DNA of 64,000 bases, taken from assembly GCA_038231455.1 (NCBI GenBank), contig JBBRLI010000016.1, positions 9,257 through 73,256 of the forward strand. The letters are read 5' to 3'. This DNA comes from Vulcanimicrobiales bacterium (GTDB lineage: Bacteria > Vulcanimicrobiota > Vulcanimicrobiia > Vulcanimicrobiales > Vulcanimicrobiaceae). The notes beneath the pieces are model-generated. The model did not search any database, was not told the DNA's origin, and was given only the letters and a program-made list of their open reading frames with translations. This document shows positions 1-8,303 of this stretch, piece after piece. The position numbers and the translations under genes were made by a program. Each line of letters starts with the position of its first letter. Position 1 is the first letter of the stretch.

Positions 1-45
1 CACGTGATCGAGCCGGTACCGGCCTCCGAGAAGCGCTTCATCCAT
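1..45 (-). CDS. N-terminal 15 codons of a probable Hanks-type Ser/Thr protein kinase (runs off the window)
   Basis: ATG at 45 preceded by GGAGAGG; reads MDEALLGGRYRLDHV, the typical LLGGRYRL opening of PknB-like kinases. Confidence 0.55.
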   Translation of the reverse strand, partial: MDEALLGGRYRLDHV

Positions 46-62
46 CGCCTCTCCATTCCCAT

Positions 63-101
63 AAAAAGAGCAGGCCCCCAGTAAGGAGGCCCGCTTCTTT
101 T
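63..101 (-). terminator. Intrinsic terminator after fliE
   Basis: Minus strand GCGGGCCTCC-TTACT-GGGGGCCTGC stem (with G-U pairs) followed by TCTTTTT. Confidence 0.6.
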
Positions 102-122
102 CTACGAGATCGCCGCCAGCGG

Positions 123-476
123 CTAGATTTGCATGCGGGCTACTTCTTGATACGCCTCGAGCAGTTTGCTGCGCATCGCCATGGTGAACTCCATCGCGAG
201 ATTCGCCTCTTCGACCGACGTCACGACTTTTTGGAGGTCGTTCGTCTTGCCGCTTGCGAGGTCGCGCTGGTTAGCATCAGAGGTGTTGAGCTTGGTATTC
301 GCATCACTCAGCAGGCCGACGACCGTGTCTTTGAAAGTCGGGGGCTCCGCGGCGACGCCGGTTGGGTTGATGCCGCCGACGGGCGGAAGCGGAGTGATCG
401 TCGGGGCGTTTTCGCCGATATCGGCAACGAACGGATTGGATTTCGAGATGGCCGGGAGCGCGGAGGCGAAATCCAT
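123..476 (-). CDS. fliE: Flagellar hook-basal body protein FliE
   Basis: C-terminal EEANLAMEFTMAMRSKLLEAYQEVARMQI FliE signature; follows flgC. Confidence 0.95.
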   Translation of the reverse strand: MDFASALPAISKSNPFVADIGENAPTITPLPPVGGINPTGVAAEPPTFKDTVVGLLSDANTKLNTSDANQRDLASGKTNDLQKVVTSVEEANLAMEFTMAMRSKLLEAYQEVARMQI

Positions 477-916
477 TAGGCTTTCAGCAGTCCGAGGGTA
501 GCGGTGCCCATGGCGCGCGCTTCCTGGATCGCGGTGACGTTGGCTTCGTAGGCACGCGAGGCGGACATCATGTCGACCATTTCTTTGACGACTTCGATGT
601 TCGGCATATGAACGTAGCCCTGGGCGTCGGCGTCGGGGTGCATCGGATCGTAAACGAGCCGGTCGGGACCGGGATCGTTGACGATTCCGACGGCTTGTAC
701 GCCGGCAAGGCCTTTGGAGGGCTCATTCGGATCGAGCGAATCGCTCTTGGATTCATCGAGCTTCTGCGCCATGACGGTGAGCTGGCGCTTGAACACGCCG
801 CCTTCGGGTGTGCGCGTGGTATTGACGTTCGCGATGTTATTCGCGATGACGTCCATACGCAGGCGTTCGGCCGAGAGGCCGCTTGCACTGACTTCAATCG
901 AGGAATAGAAACCCAT
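476..916 (-). CDS. flgC: Flagellar basal-body rod protein FlgC
   Basis: SASGLSAERLRMDVIANNIAN, YDPMHPDAD, EMVDMMSASRAYEAN motifs. Confidence 0.97.
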   Translation of the reverse strand: MGFYSSIEVSASGLSAERLRMDVIANNIANVNTTRTPEGGVFKRQLTVMAQKLDESKSDSLDPNEPSKGLAGVQAVGIVNDPGPDRLVYDPMHPDADAQGYVHMPNIEVVKEMVDMMSASRAYEANVTAIQEARAMGTATLGLLKA

Positions 917-919
917 GGA

Positions 920-1345
920 TTAGATTCGCTCCGTAATCGCTTGGCGCATGCGCGTGTACTGCACGGCAAGCAGTTGGTTCATCGTTTGCGCGTAGCCCGA
1001 ATTGATCGCGAGCTTCGCCATTTCCGAATCGACGTCAACGTTATTGCCGTCGAGGCGTTGCACCGTCAAATCGTCTTTTTGCGTCCAGATTTCAAACGGC
1101 TGGGGCGCCTCGGCGCCGCCAATCGCAAAATGCTTCTTGTCCGTGGCGGCAAGTTCGAGCTGGTTCGGATCGGCATCCGACCCAAGCGACGCGGCCAGCG
1201 AATCTTTAAAGCTCACATCCGTCCGATGGTAGAGCGGCGTATTGACGTTCGCGATATTGTTCGCGATCACGGCATGGCTTGCGCCCGCCCCATCGACGGC
1301 ATTCTTGAGTAGGTCGGCGGTCACGCCGAAATTGATCTCGCTCAA
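920..1345 (-). CDS. flgB: Flagellar basal-body rod protein FlgB
   Basis: IANNIANVNTP and RLDGNNVDVDSEM motifs; flgB-flgC-fliE order; TTG start after GAGG. Confidence 0.95.
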   Translation of the reverse strand: MSEINFGVTADLLKNAVDGAGASHAVIANNIANVNTPLYHRTDVSFKDSLAASLGSDADPNQLELAATDKKHFAIGGAEAPQPFEIWTQKDDLTVQRLDGNNVDVDSEMAKLAINSGYAQTMNQLLAVQYTRMRQAITERI

Positions 1346-1391
1346 AATGACATCCTCACAGCTCTACGTTCGGTCGGGATCGATGCGGACC

Positions 1392-3164
1392 TTAGCGCGA
1401 AGCAAACTGCGCCGCGTGGAGTGTGGCGTAGGCCCCACCGCGCGCAAGCAGGCTCTCGTGTGTTCCGACTTCGGCTACGCGGCCGCCTTCTATATAAAGA
1501 ATCTTTGACGCACGCCGGATCGTCGAGAGACGGTGGGCGATGATGAGGGTCGTTCGTCCGACCAGAATCCGGTCCAGGGCCTCGTCGATGAGCTGCTCGG
1601 AGTGGCTATCGAGGGCGCTGGTCGCCTCATCGAGGATCAGGATGCGGGGGTCGCGCAAAATCGCGCGGGCGATGGCGATGCGCTGACGCTGGCCGCCCGA
1701 GAGCCGAATGCCGCGCTCGCCGACGAGCGTGTCGTAGCCCTCCGCGAGCTTGGTGATAAATTCCGCGGCGTTGGCCTCGAGTGCCGCGGCCTCGATCTCG
1801 GCGCGGCTAGCCTCGAGTCGGCCATAGCGAATATTCTCAGCGAGCGTGCCGTTGAAGAGTTGCGTTTCTTGCGGCACGAGCGCGATCCGGCCGCGTAAGT
1901 CGGAGAGGCGCATCTGCGCGATGTCGACGCCGTCGACCGTGATCCGGCCGCCTTGCGGATCGTAGAATCGCGGAACGAGATTGACGATGGTCGATTTCCC
2001 CGAGCCCGACGGGCCGACCAGCGCGACCACATCGCCGTGCAACATCTCAGCGTCGAGGCCGTCGAGGACGGGCGGAGAGTCGGCGTTATACGCAAATCGC
2101 ACGCCCTCGAAGCGGATATCGCCGCGCATGTCCGGGAGCGCGATCGCACCCGGGGGATCTTCGCGCTCGATCGGCAGATCGAGGATTTCGAACACGCGGC
2201 TCGCACCGACGAGTGCGCGGGCGAAGTCGCCAAGGAAAATCGAGAACCGGTTCATCGGGTTGATCATCAGCGCCGCCGCGCCGAAGAAGGTCGCAACGGC
2301 GGCCGGCTTCAAGCGCCCAAGCGCGACTTCGCGGACCGTCATCACGACGAGCAAAATGATTGCAAATGAGACAACCGTTGCGATCACGGGCGCCTGCGTT
2401 TGGTTGAGTTGCGTGACTTTCATGTAGTCACCGAAGAGGCGCTCGTTTGCGCCCTCGAAGCGTTCGCGTTCGAAATCTTCGCGGCGGAATGCTTTGACGA
2501 CGCGCTCGTTCTGCAGCACTTCGGTGAGATTTGATGAGAGATCGGCGATACGGTCCTGCGCGCGTTTTGTTCCGGCAACGACCAGTTTATTGAACCGACC
2601 GATGACGATCGACACGAACGGCGCGCACGTGAGCAGCACGAACGCCAGCAGCCAATCGACATAGAACATCGTCGAGAGCGCGCCGATGAACGTGACGCTG
2701 ACCTGCACCATTTGCGGGAGCGAAATGCTTACGGCATCCGTCATCATCGGCAGATCGCTTGAGAATCGCGCGATGAACTCTCCCGAGCGCCAACGATCGA
2801 AATCCAGCATCGGCATCCGGTTGACTCGATCGAAGAGTCGCAGACGCAGCCCCGCGATGAGCCGCTGGCCACACCAAGCGGTAATGTAGCTCTGCGCGTA
2901 GCCGGCAAAATTCCCGACGACCTGCGAGACGAAGATGATCAGCGCGACGAGCACCACGCCGCTCCAGACGATCTCGGTTGGGATCGTGATGCCGCCCCAG
3001 CCGCGATGCTCGAAGTGGATGACGTCGGTGAAGACGATCTCGGGCAGCTTAAAGAGCGCTAGCGGCGCAAGGCCCGCGATGACACCCAGAAACGTCGCGA
3101 ACGCCAGGCGGCCGTAATACGGGCGCGCTTCGATGAGAACGCGGCGAAGGGTCGGACTAATCAC
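1392..3164 (-). CDS. ABC exporter, fused permease/ATPase (MsbA-like)
   Basis: N-terminal TM domain; Walker A GPSGSGKS, LSGGQRQR signature, Walker B ILILDEAT, IAHRL. Confidence 0.92.
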   Translation of the reverse strand: MISPTLRRVLIEARPYYGRLAFATFLGVIAGLAPLALFKLPEIVFTDVIHFEHRGWGGITIPTEIVWSGVVLVALIIFVSQVVGNFAGYAQSYITAWCGQRLIAGLRLRLFDRVNRMPMLDFDRWRSGEFIARFSSDLPMMTDAVSISLPQMVQVSVTFIGALSTMFYVDWLLAFVLLTCAPFVSIVIGRFNKLVVAGTKRAQDRIADLSSNLTEVLQNERVVKAFRREDFERERFEGANERLFGDYMKVTQLNQTQAPVIATVVSFAIILLVVMTVREVALGRLKPAAVATFFGAAALMINPMNRFSIFLGDFARALVGASRVFEILDLPIEREDPPGAIALPDMRGDIRFEGVRFAYNADSPPVLDGLDAEMLHGDVVALVGPSGSGKSTIVNLVPRFYDPQGGRITVDGVDIAQMRLSDLRGRIALVPQETQLFNGTLAENIRYGRLEASRAEIEAAALEANAAEFITKLAEGYDTLVGERGIRLSGGQRQRIAIARAILRDPRILILDEATSALDSHSEQLIDEALDRILVGRTTLIIAHRLSTIRRASKILYIEGGRVAEVGTHESLLARGGAYATLHAAQFASR

Positions 3165-3253
3165 CGGTCTGCGCTTCGCCCCGGTGCCGCGAAACCTTTA
3201 CGCCGCACGCCCAGTACGTGGGGGGCAGAATCACTTGCGGAGGGACTTGAAGC

Positions 3254-3838
3254 GTGGATTGCTACTATCACAACGCCGTACCGTCGGTCGCGCTGTGCAA
3301 CGACTGCAAAGAGCACCTGTGCGCGACGTGCCGCGGCGATGAGGGCATCTGCCCCGGCTGCCGCTTAGCGCAAAAAATCGATAACGCAACGCGCGTCCAG
3401 CGCGAGTTGCACGGTGAGGTTCCGTCCCGTTCCCAGCGGCAATACGCGCCGCCACCTCCGCCGCAGCCGGGACCGCCCCAGACGCGACCCACGGCGACGG
3501 TCGCCGTGCGCACGGAAACGCGCGCGCTCATTGCGCTCGGCTATCCCTTCTGGCCGCTCGCGCTCATCGCGCTGCTCGATTCGAAAGCCTCGCCGTTCGT
3601 CAAGAAACAAGCCTGGCAATCGCTCGCGTTCAATTTTGGAATGTACGCATTCGGATTCGTGCTCCACGCAATTGCTGCGATTCCCGTGCTCGGCTGGTCG
3701 GCCTGGCCGCTCTTGCCGTTCGTCGTTCCCTTTGCGTTCGTCGCAAACGTGATCTACGGATTCAAGACCTGGCAAGGCGAGGACGTGCGCATTCCGATCG
3801 TGACCGATCTTGTCGAGGAACGCTTGCCCGCGACCTAA
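3254..3838 (+). CDS. B-box-like Zn-finger protein with C-terminal DUF4870/Tic20-like membrane domain
   Basis: C-x2-H...C-x2-C-x3-LC-x2-C...C-x2-C N-terminus, Pro-rich linker, three hydrophobic segments ending GEDVRIPIV; GTG after GGAGGG. Confidence 0.7.
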   Translation: MDCYYHNAVPSVALCNDCKEHLCATCRGDEGICPGCRLAQKIDNATRVQRELHGEVPSRSQRQYAPPPPPQPGPPQTRPTATVAVRTETRALIALGYPFWPLALIALLDSKASPFVKKQAWQSLAFNFGMYAFGFVLHAIAAIPVLGWSAWPLLPFVVPFAFVANVIYGFKTWQGEDVRIPIVTDLVEERLPAT

Positions 3839-3841
3839 TCC

Positions 3842-5293
3842 CTACGCGGGAACGACTTCGCGATTGTAGCGTTCGAGAAACGCGCGAGCCTCGCATTCGT
3901 GATCGAGGATCGGAAGCGGATAATCGGCGCCGCCGAACAGTGGCAGCGCCATCTGCTTAGCGCGCCGGCCGATCGCAGGATCGAGAATCGCTTGATCCGG
4001 AAACGTCGCGATCTCGGGGATCCAGCGCCGCACGTACGTGCCAAGCGGATCGAAGCGTCGCGCTTGTTTGAGCGGGTTGTAAATGCGCGGATACGCCGCA
4101 AGGTCCGCCCCGACACCTGCGACCCACTGCCAATTCCCGGTCGCAAGCGCCGGTGTATCTTCGGTGAGATAGCGGTCCCATTCATCGCGACCGACCCGCC
4201 AGTCGACGCCAAGATCGAAGCACAGAAAAGACGCGGCGATCGCGCGCACGCGTGGATGCATCCAACCCGTAGCGCGCAGTTCACGAATCCCCGCATCGAC
4301 GAGCGGAAACCCCGTGCGCCCGCTGCGCCACGCATCGAGGTGGACGTGTTTGCGTGCAAAGGTGAAGTCGCGCATCTTCTCTTGCAGCGGCGCCTCTTCG
4401 AGCGATTCGTTGTACCAGGCGAGCTGCAAAAAGAAATCTCGCTGCGCGAGCGACCGCAAAAACAGCTTGAGCGACGTGCGCTCTTCGGAAAGCAAAAACG
4501 GATCGGAAGCGCGTTCGCATGCGGCACGAACAACCGTCCGCGCCGCGATGGTGCCGAACGAGAGATCGGCGGAGAGATGCGAGGTTGCTCGATCGGCGGG
4601 GTCGTTGCGCGCGATAGCGTAATGCACGACATCCGATTCCAAATACGCAACGAGTCGCGCGCGAGCGGCGCGTTCACCCACCGCATATGGCAGATCCGCC
4701 CGCGACCCGAATTCGAGCGGCTCTGGCAGTACTTCGCTGGTGATTTCCACGCTCGCAAGTGTCGCCTTAGGCGCCGCGGCGATCGGCAAGAGCGAACCCC
4801 AGCGCTCGTGATACGGAACGAACGCGCGATAGCCCGCACCAGAATCGGAGCGCGCCAAAGCCGTATCTTCGGGCGGAATCGCCGGCGAATCGTGAACGGG
4901 TCCGGCACGTAGGCCAGCCTCTTCGAGCGTCGATTGCAGATCACGATCGGCGCGGACGCTTTTCGCGTCATACGACACGCTCCATACGACCGTTCCGGCG
5001 CCCGCGGCGCGCGCGAGCGATCGTAAGATCGTCCCCGGCGACCCACGCCGCACGATGAGGCGGCTCCCAGCCGCCCGCAAATCGGCATCGAGCGACTGAA
5101 CGGCTGCGCAGTAAAACGCAGCACGTCGCGGCGACTGCCGCAGTCGAGCTGCTGCGATCGGGTCAATCACCAAGGCCGCAACGACATCGCCGTGGCGTGC
5201 CGCCTCGGCTAGCCCGGCGTGGTCATAAAGCCGAAGATCGCGCGTAAACGCGAAGATAGACCGGGCCACACGAATCGCTTCGCTAGCGGGCAA
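3842..5293 (-). CDS. Photolyase/cryptochrome family protein (divergent, class I CPD-like)
   Basis: FTRDLRLYDH, GRTGFPLVDAGIRELRATGWMH, GNWQW, RIYNP and FDPLGTYVRRW motifs; many catalytic positions substituted (see findings). Confidence 0.9.
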   Translation of the reverse strand: MPASEAIRVARSIFAFTRDLRLYDHAGLAEAARHGDVVAALVIDPIAAARLRQSPRRAAFYCAAVQSLDADLRAAGSRLIVRRGSPGTILRSLARAAGAGTVVWSVSYDAKSVRADRDLQSTLEEAGLRAGPVHDSPAIPPEDTALARSDSGAGYRAFVPYHERWGSLLPIAAAPKATLASVEITSEVLPEPLEFGSRADLPYAVGERAARARLVAYLESDVVHYAIARNDPADRATSHLSADLSFGTIAARTVVRAACERASDPFLLSEERTSLKLFLRSLAQRDFFLQLAWYNESLEEAPLQEKMRDFTFARKHVHLDAWRSGRTGFPLVDAGIRELRATGWMHPRVRAIAASFLCFDLGVDWRVGRDEWDRYLTEDTPALATGNWQWVAGVGADLAAYPRIYNPLKQARRFDPLGTYVRRWIPEIATFPDQAILDPAIGRRAKQMALPLFGGADYPLPILDHECEARAFLERYNREVVPA

Positions 5294-5454
5294 CGAGCTC
5301 CCACGTCGATCGTTGATCGGGGGGCCTCACCGCGATACCTCCCGTTCTCATCCAGGGCGCTACTTCGAGCTCGTTCCATACGGCGAAATTACGCACCGAT
5401 CTTGAAAAAGCTTATAACCATCTTTCATTTCAACAAATTGTGCAACTCGTGGCG

Positions 5455-5732
5455 TCGCGCTGCGTTCGCGCATTCTCGGCCTCAAGTTCTTTGACGCGCG
5501 ATAGGTCGCTTGCACTCATGCCGGCGTACTTCGAACGCCACAGCCGGATCGTATTGGCGTGGACGCCGTTACGCCGAGCAAGTTCTTCCATCGAAGCCCC
5601 GGCGTTTTACTCGGCGAGGATTCGGACGATCTGCGATTCGGTAAATCGGCTCTTTCGCATGGGTGGATCTCCCGTCTGCCTTCATCGGCGGAATTCCACA
5701 GTTTTCCCTGGCTCCCGATCCGGGGCCGATCC
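5455..5732 (-). pseudogene. IS3-family (IS407-like) left end with broken orfA
   Basis: From ATG 5660 reads MRKSRFTESQIVRILAE*NAGASMEELARRNGVHANTIRLWRSKYAGMSASDLSRVKELEAENAR; in-frame TAA at 5609-5607; IR-like GGATCGGCCCCGGATCGG end near 5732; truncated near 5455. Confidence 0.8.
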
Positions 5733-5852
5733 TAATCCGCATAGTTCACTCAACGATCTGACGCCCGAAGAGGTCGCGCGGTGATCGAAGAAGCAATCCA
5801 AAATCGCCGTCATTTCTAGAGCCCTCGCGGTTTAACTATCGGGGGGACGACC
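5733..5852 (+). mobile_element. IS3-family right-end remnant
   Basis: Encodes PHSSLNDLTPEEVAR*, resembling the orfB C-terminal RPHSSLxxxTP motif, then a G-run end (ATCGGGGGGACGACC). Confidence 0.55.
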
Positions 5853-5867
5853 CGAGTCAAATCCAGT

Positions 5868-6320
5868 TCAATCGGAGCGCGGAGTAATTCGTATGCACAT
5901 GCTCGACAAAAACTGATAAGTTCCATCTCCGGAAGTTCGAAAGTCGGCAATTCGGAATGTAAGCGCCTTCCCCTCGAACCGTGCTCCCAGGCGCACATTT
6001 CCCGGTTTAACACCAAATACGATACTGACTAGCCTCCTGTCTACATAGAGGGCCACTACGTGATCGTACTTTTGGCTATCTGCTAATTCTGGAGCGAAAG
6101 CATACACCAAAACTTCATTATTTTGAACTGAATAACCATCGATTGTAAGTTGGCTGCCCGGCGGATCAACCGTAACTCCACCAGTAAGAGTGAAACACTC
6201 AGCCAGACTTCGTTCGGCAGGCAACCGAGGAAACGGAAGGGCCCGCGATGGCAACGGCTTTTCTGTCGATATCAAATTCATTCCGATCAAAAACGCGAAA
6301 ATCAGCATTTCAAAGTCCAA
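5868..6320 (-). CDS. Hypothetical exported protein, candidate immunity protein (likely start ATG 6308)
   Basis: AT-rich ORF with hydrophobic N-terminus MLIFAFLIGMNL; lies just downstream of an orphan C-terminal gene fragment. Confidence 0.55.
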   Translation of the reverse strand: MDFEMLIFAFLIGMNLISTEKPLPSRALPFPRLPAERSLAECFTLTGGVTVDPPGSQLTIDGYSVQNNEVLVYAFAPELADSQKYDHVVALYVDRRLVSIVFGVKPGNVRLGARFEGKALTFRIADFRTSGDGTYQFLSSMCIRITPRSD

Positions 6321-6353
6321 TGCGAAAATTCAGACGAGGTCAGCAAAGCATCA

Positions 6354-6495
6354 CTACCTATGTAAATTTTGATAGAACGTCGTATAAATCGAACTTAACC
6401 CCTGTTGAATAGCGGCCTCCCTACCGTGCACCGCTAAGTAAGCCTGAAACTGATCAAACGTACCGGACGCGATGCCAGCTTGCCCAGCAAGGAAC
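6354..6495 (-). pseudogene. Orphan C-terminal fragment of a gene cut by the IS at 6496
   Basis: Open frame FLAGQAGIASGTFDQFQAYLAVHGREAAIQQGLSSIYTTFYQNLHR* runs from the IS boundary to TAG at 6354 with no start of its own. Confidence 0.45.
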
Positions 6496-6561
6496 TGAGC
6501 CTGACCCGGTTTCCCGGACACTTCACAAAGGTTGGCGAAGAGCCGACCCACGAGGTATGTC

Positions 6562-6852
6562 TTGGGAAAACAGCGTCGATCATTCAGTGCCGAGTTTAAG
6601 TCCGAGGCCGTGCGGGCCACGATGGTTGGAGATCGCAGCCTGACGCAAGTCGCGCGCGATCTGGGGATTAGTGCGTCGCTCTTACAGAACTGGAAGCAGC
6701 GAATGCTTGAAGAGAACGAGGATCTTGCCGGCTTGCGATCGGAGACCCTGGAGCAAGAAAATCGACGGCTGCGTCGCGAGAATGCGTCGCTACGCGAGGA
6801 CCGCGAAATCCTAAAAAAAGCGGCCGCGTTCTTTGCGAAGGAATCCCGGTGA
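6562..6852 (+). CDS. IS3-family transposase OrfA
   Basis: TTG start after GAGG; RRSFSAEFKSEAV HTH, VARDLGIS, EILKKAAAFFAKE; AAAAAAAG -1 frameshift motif at 6813-6820. Confidence 0.92.
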   Translation: MGKQRRSFSAEFKSEAVRATMVGDRSLTQVARDLGISASLLQNWKQRMLEENEDLAGLRSETLEQENRRLRRENASLREDREILKKAAAFFAKESR

Positions 6853-7721
6853 AATACGCATTCATCGAGGAGCAGAGAACGCAGCACCGCGTGAATCGTT
6901 TTTGCGCGATACTGAAAGTGTCGCCTGCTGGATTCTACGAGTGGCGTGGCCGTCCGCGAAGTGCGCGATCGATTGCGGATGAAGCATTGCATGCAGATAT
7001 TGTCCGACTTCACTCTGCGAGTCATAAGACGTACGGGCGACCGCGAATTCACGCCGACTTGCGCGACGAGGGTGCTCGCGTCAGCGCAAAACGAATCGCA
7101 CGATTGATGCAAAACGGCGGTATTCAGGGGATTCGGCCGCGGCGCTACGTCCATACAACAAACTCGAAGCATCCCAATCCGATTGCGGAAAATATTCTTG
7201 CTCGGAATTTTGATCCTCGCGTTATCGGGGGAGTTAATCGCGTGTGGGCCGGCGACATCACTTACTTGCCCACGCGGGAAGGTTGGCTATACTTAGCAGT
7301 AGTGCTTGATTTGGGTTCGCGACGCGTCGTTGGTTGGTCGATGGCTTCGACGATGCGCGACGACCTCGTGATCGCGGCTCTCGATTCAGCACTCGCAGCA
7401 CGACGACCGAACGACGGTACGATTTTTCATTCTGATCGCGGCTCGCAATACGCAAGCGCTGATTTCCGTGCTGTTGCGAAACGACATGGATTGACGCTCA
7501 GCATGAGCGCGAAAGGCGACTGCTGGGACAATGCGGTCGTGGAGAGCTTCTTCGGAACGCTGAAATCTGAATTGGGCGATCCAGTTTGGCCAACGCGAGA
7601 TGCCGCACGCAGCGCTATTTTCAACTACATCGAAGGCTGGTACAATTCCAGACGTCGTCACTCGACGCTCGGCTATGTCAGCCCAATCCAATTCGAGTCG
7701 TCGCTGCCGATCGCAGCGTAA
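6849..7721 (+). CDS. IS3-family transposase OrfB (DDE integrase core)
   Basis: YGRPRI, WAGDITYL, HSDRGSQY, WDNAVVESFFGTLKSE, YNSRRRHSTLG. Confidence 0.95.
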   Translation: MKYAFIEEQRTQHRVNRFCAILKVSPAGFYEWRGRPRSARSIADEALHADIVRLHSASHKTYGRPRIHADLRDEGARVSAKRIARLMQNGGIQGIRPRRYVHTTNSKHPNPIAENILARNFDPRVIGGVNRVWAGDITYLPTREGWLYLAVVLDLGSRRVVGWSMASTMRDDLVIAALDSALAARRPNDGTIFHSDRGSQYASADFRAVAKRHGLTLSMSAKGDCWDNAVVESFFGTLKSELGDPVWPTRDAARSAIFNYIEGWYNSRRRHSTLGYVSPIQFESSLPIAA

Positions 7722-7868
7722 TCCACTGTCCGGAAAAACGGGGCAGACTCAAATTGACATCGCACTCGGTATACATTTGCCGCCGTCCACGACCGATTCA
7801 GTGAATTCTATAACCGCAATTCAGAAAAGGACGGAGCAGCCCGAGTCGGCGTAAGAAATAGTTACAGA

Positions 7869-8303
7869 CTAACGCTCATGATATTGTTGTGGGCGAATTC
7901 GACATGGCGCCCTGCCAGGCCCTATTGAGGAACCCGCGATTGGATGCCGGCTCTTTACCAACTCAACCAATTTTCTCGACATTCTCTCTTCCCTTTGTTG
8001 TTCGACTGATAGACCGTTAAACAAGCAATCATCAGGGAAATAGGCTTTGTCAGAATAAAACTGCCATTTATTATTTCTCTTGACATACAGGGTTGTAGAG
8101 GTTCCGGAACCGTAATCGTTTCCTAAAAGAGCGAGATTGTCGTCTAGAACAAATGATCGAACAGCGACCGGATTAGGACCCAACGCGAAAAGTCGAGCTG
8201 ACTCAAGATGGTCCACTATCTCGATATCCTCTTTTGATCCAACGTCAGATTGACCACAACTCAGAAGAAAAGCGAGGCTCAAAAATACGAGCTTAGTACT
8301 CAC
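7869..8303 (-). CDS. Lipoprotein, candidate immunity protein
   Basis: Signal peptide with lipobox MSTKLVFLSLAFLLSC; GTG overlaps the upstream TGA (GTGA at 8303-8300); two more Cys in the mature part; AT-rich. Confidence 0.7.
   Translation of the reverse strand: MSTKLVFLSLAFLLSCGQSDVGSKEDIEIVDHLESARLFALGPNPVAVRSFVLDDNLALLGNDYGSGTSTTLYVKRNNKWQFYSDKAYFPDDCLFNGLSVEQQREERMSRKLVELVKSRHPIAGSSIGPGRAPCRIRPQQYHER

Larger units (their letters stand above)
6496..7751 (+). mobile_element. Complete IS3-family insertion sequence
   Basis: Terminal IRs TGAGCCTGACCCGGTTTCCCGGACA and (rc) TGAGTCTGCCCCGTTTTTCCGGACA with TG...CA ends; orfA/orfB with an A7G slippery site; flanks AAC/AAT are not a perfect duplication. 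Confidence 0.95.

Noticed and set aside
3835..5166. Long alternative-frame and antisense ORFs here and throughout (e.g. 3899-4912, 17503-18717, 40313-41392)
   Set aside because: Arg/Ala-rich shadows of real genes, expected in high-GC DNA; no motifs or RBS.
6354..7172. 272-aa minus-strand ORF
   Set aside because: Chimera of the IS antisense strand and the flanking fragment; only 6354-6495 is treated as meaningful.
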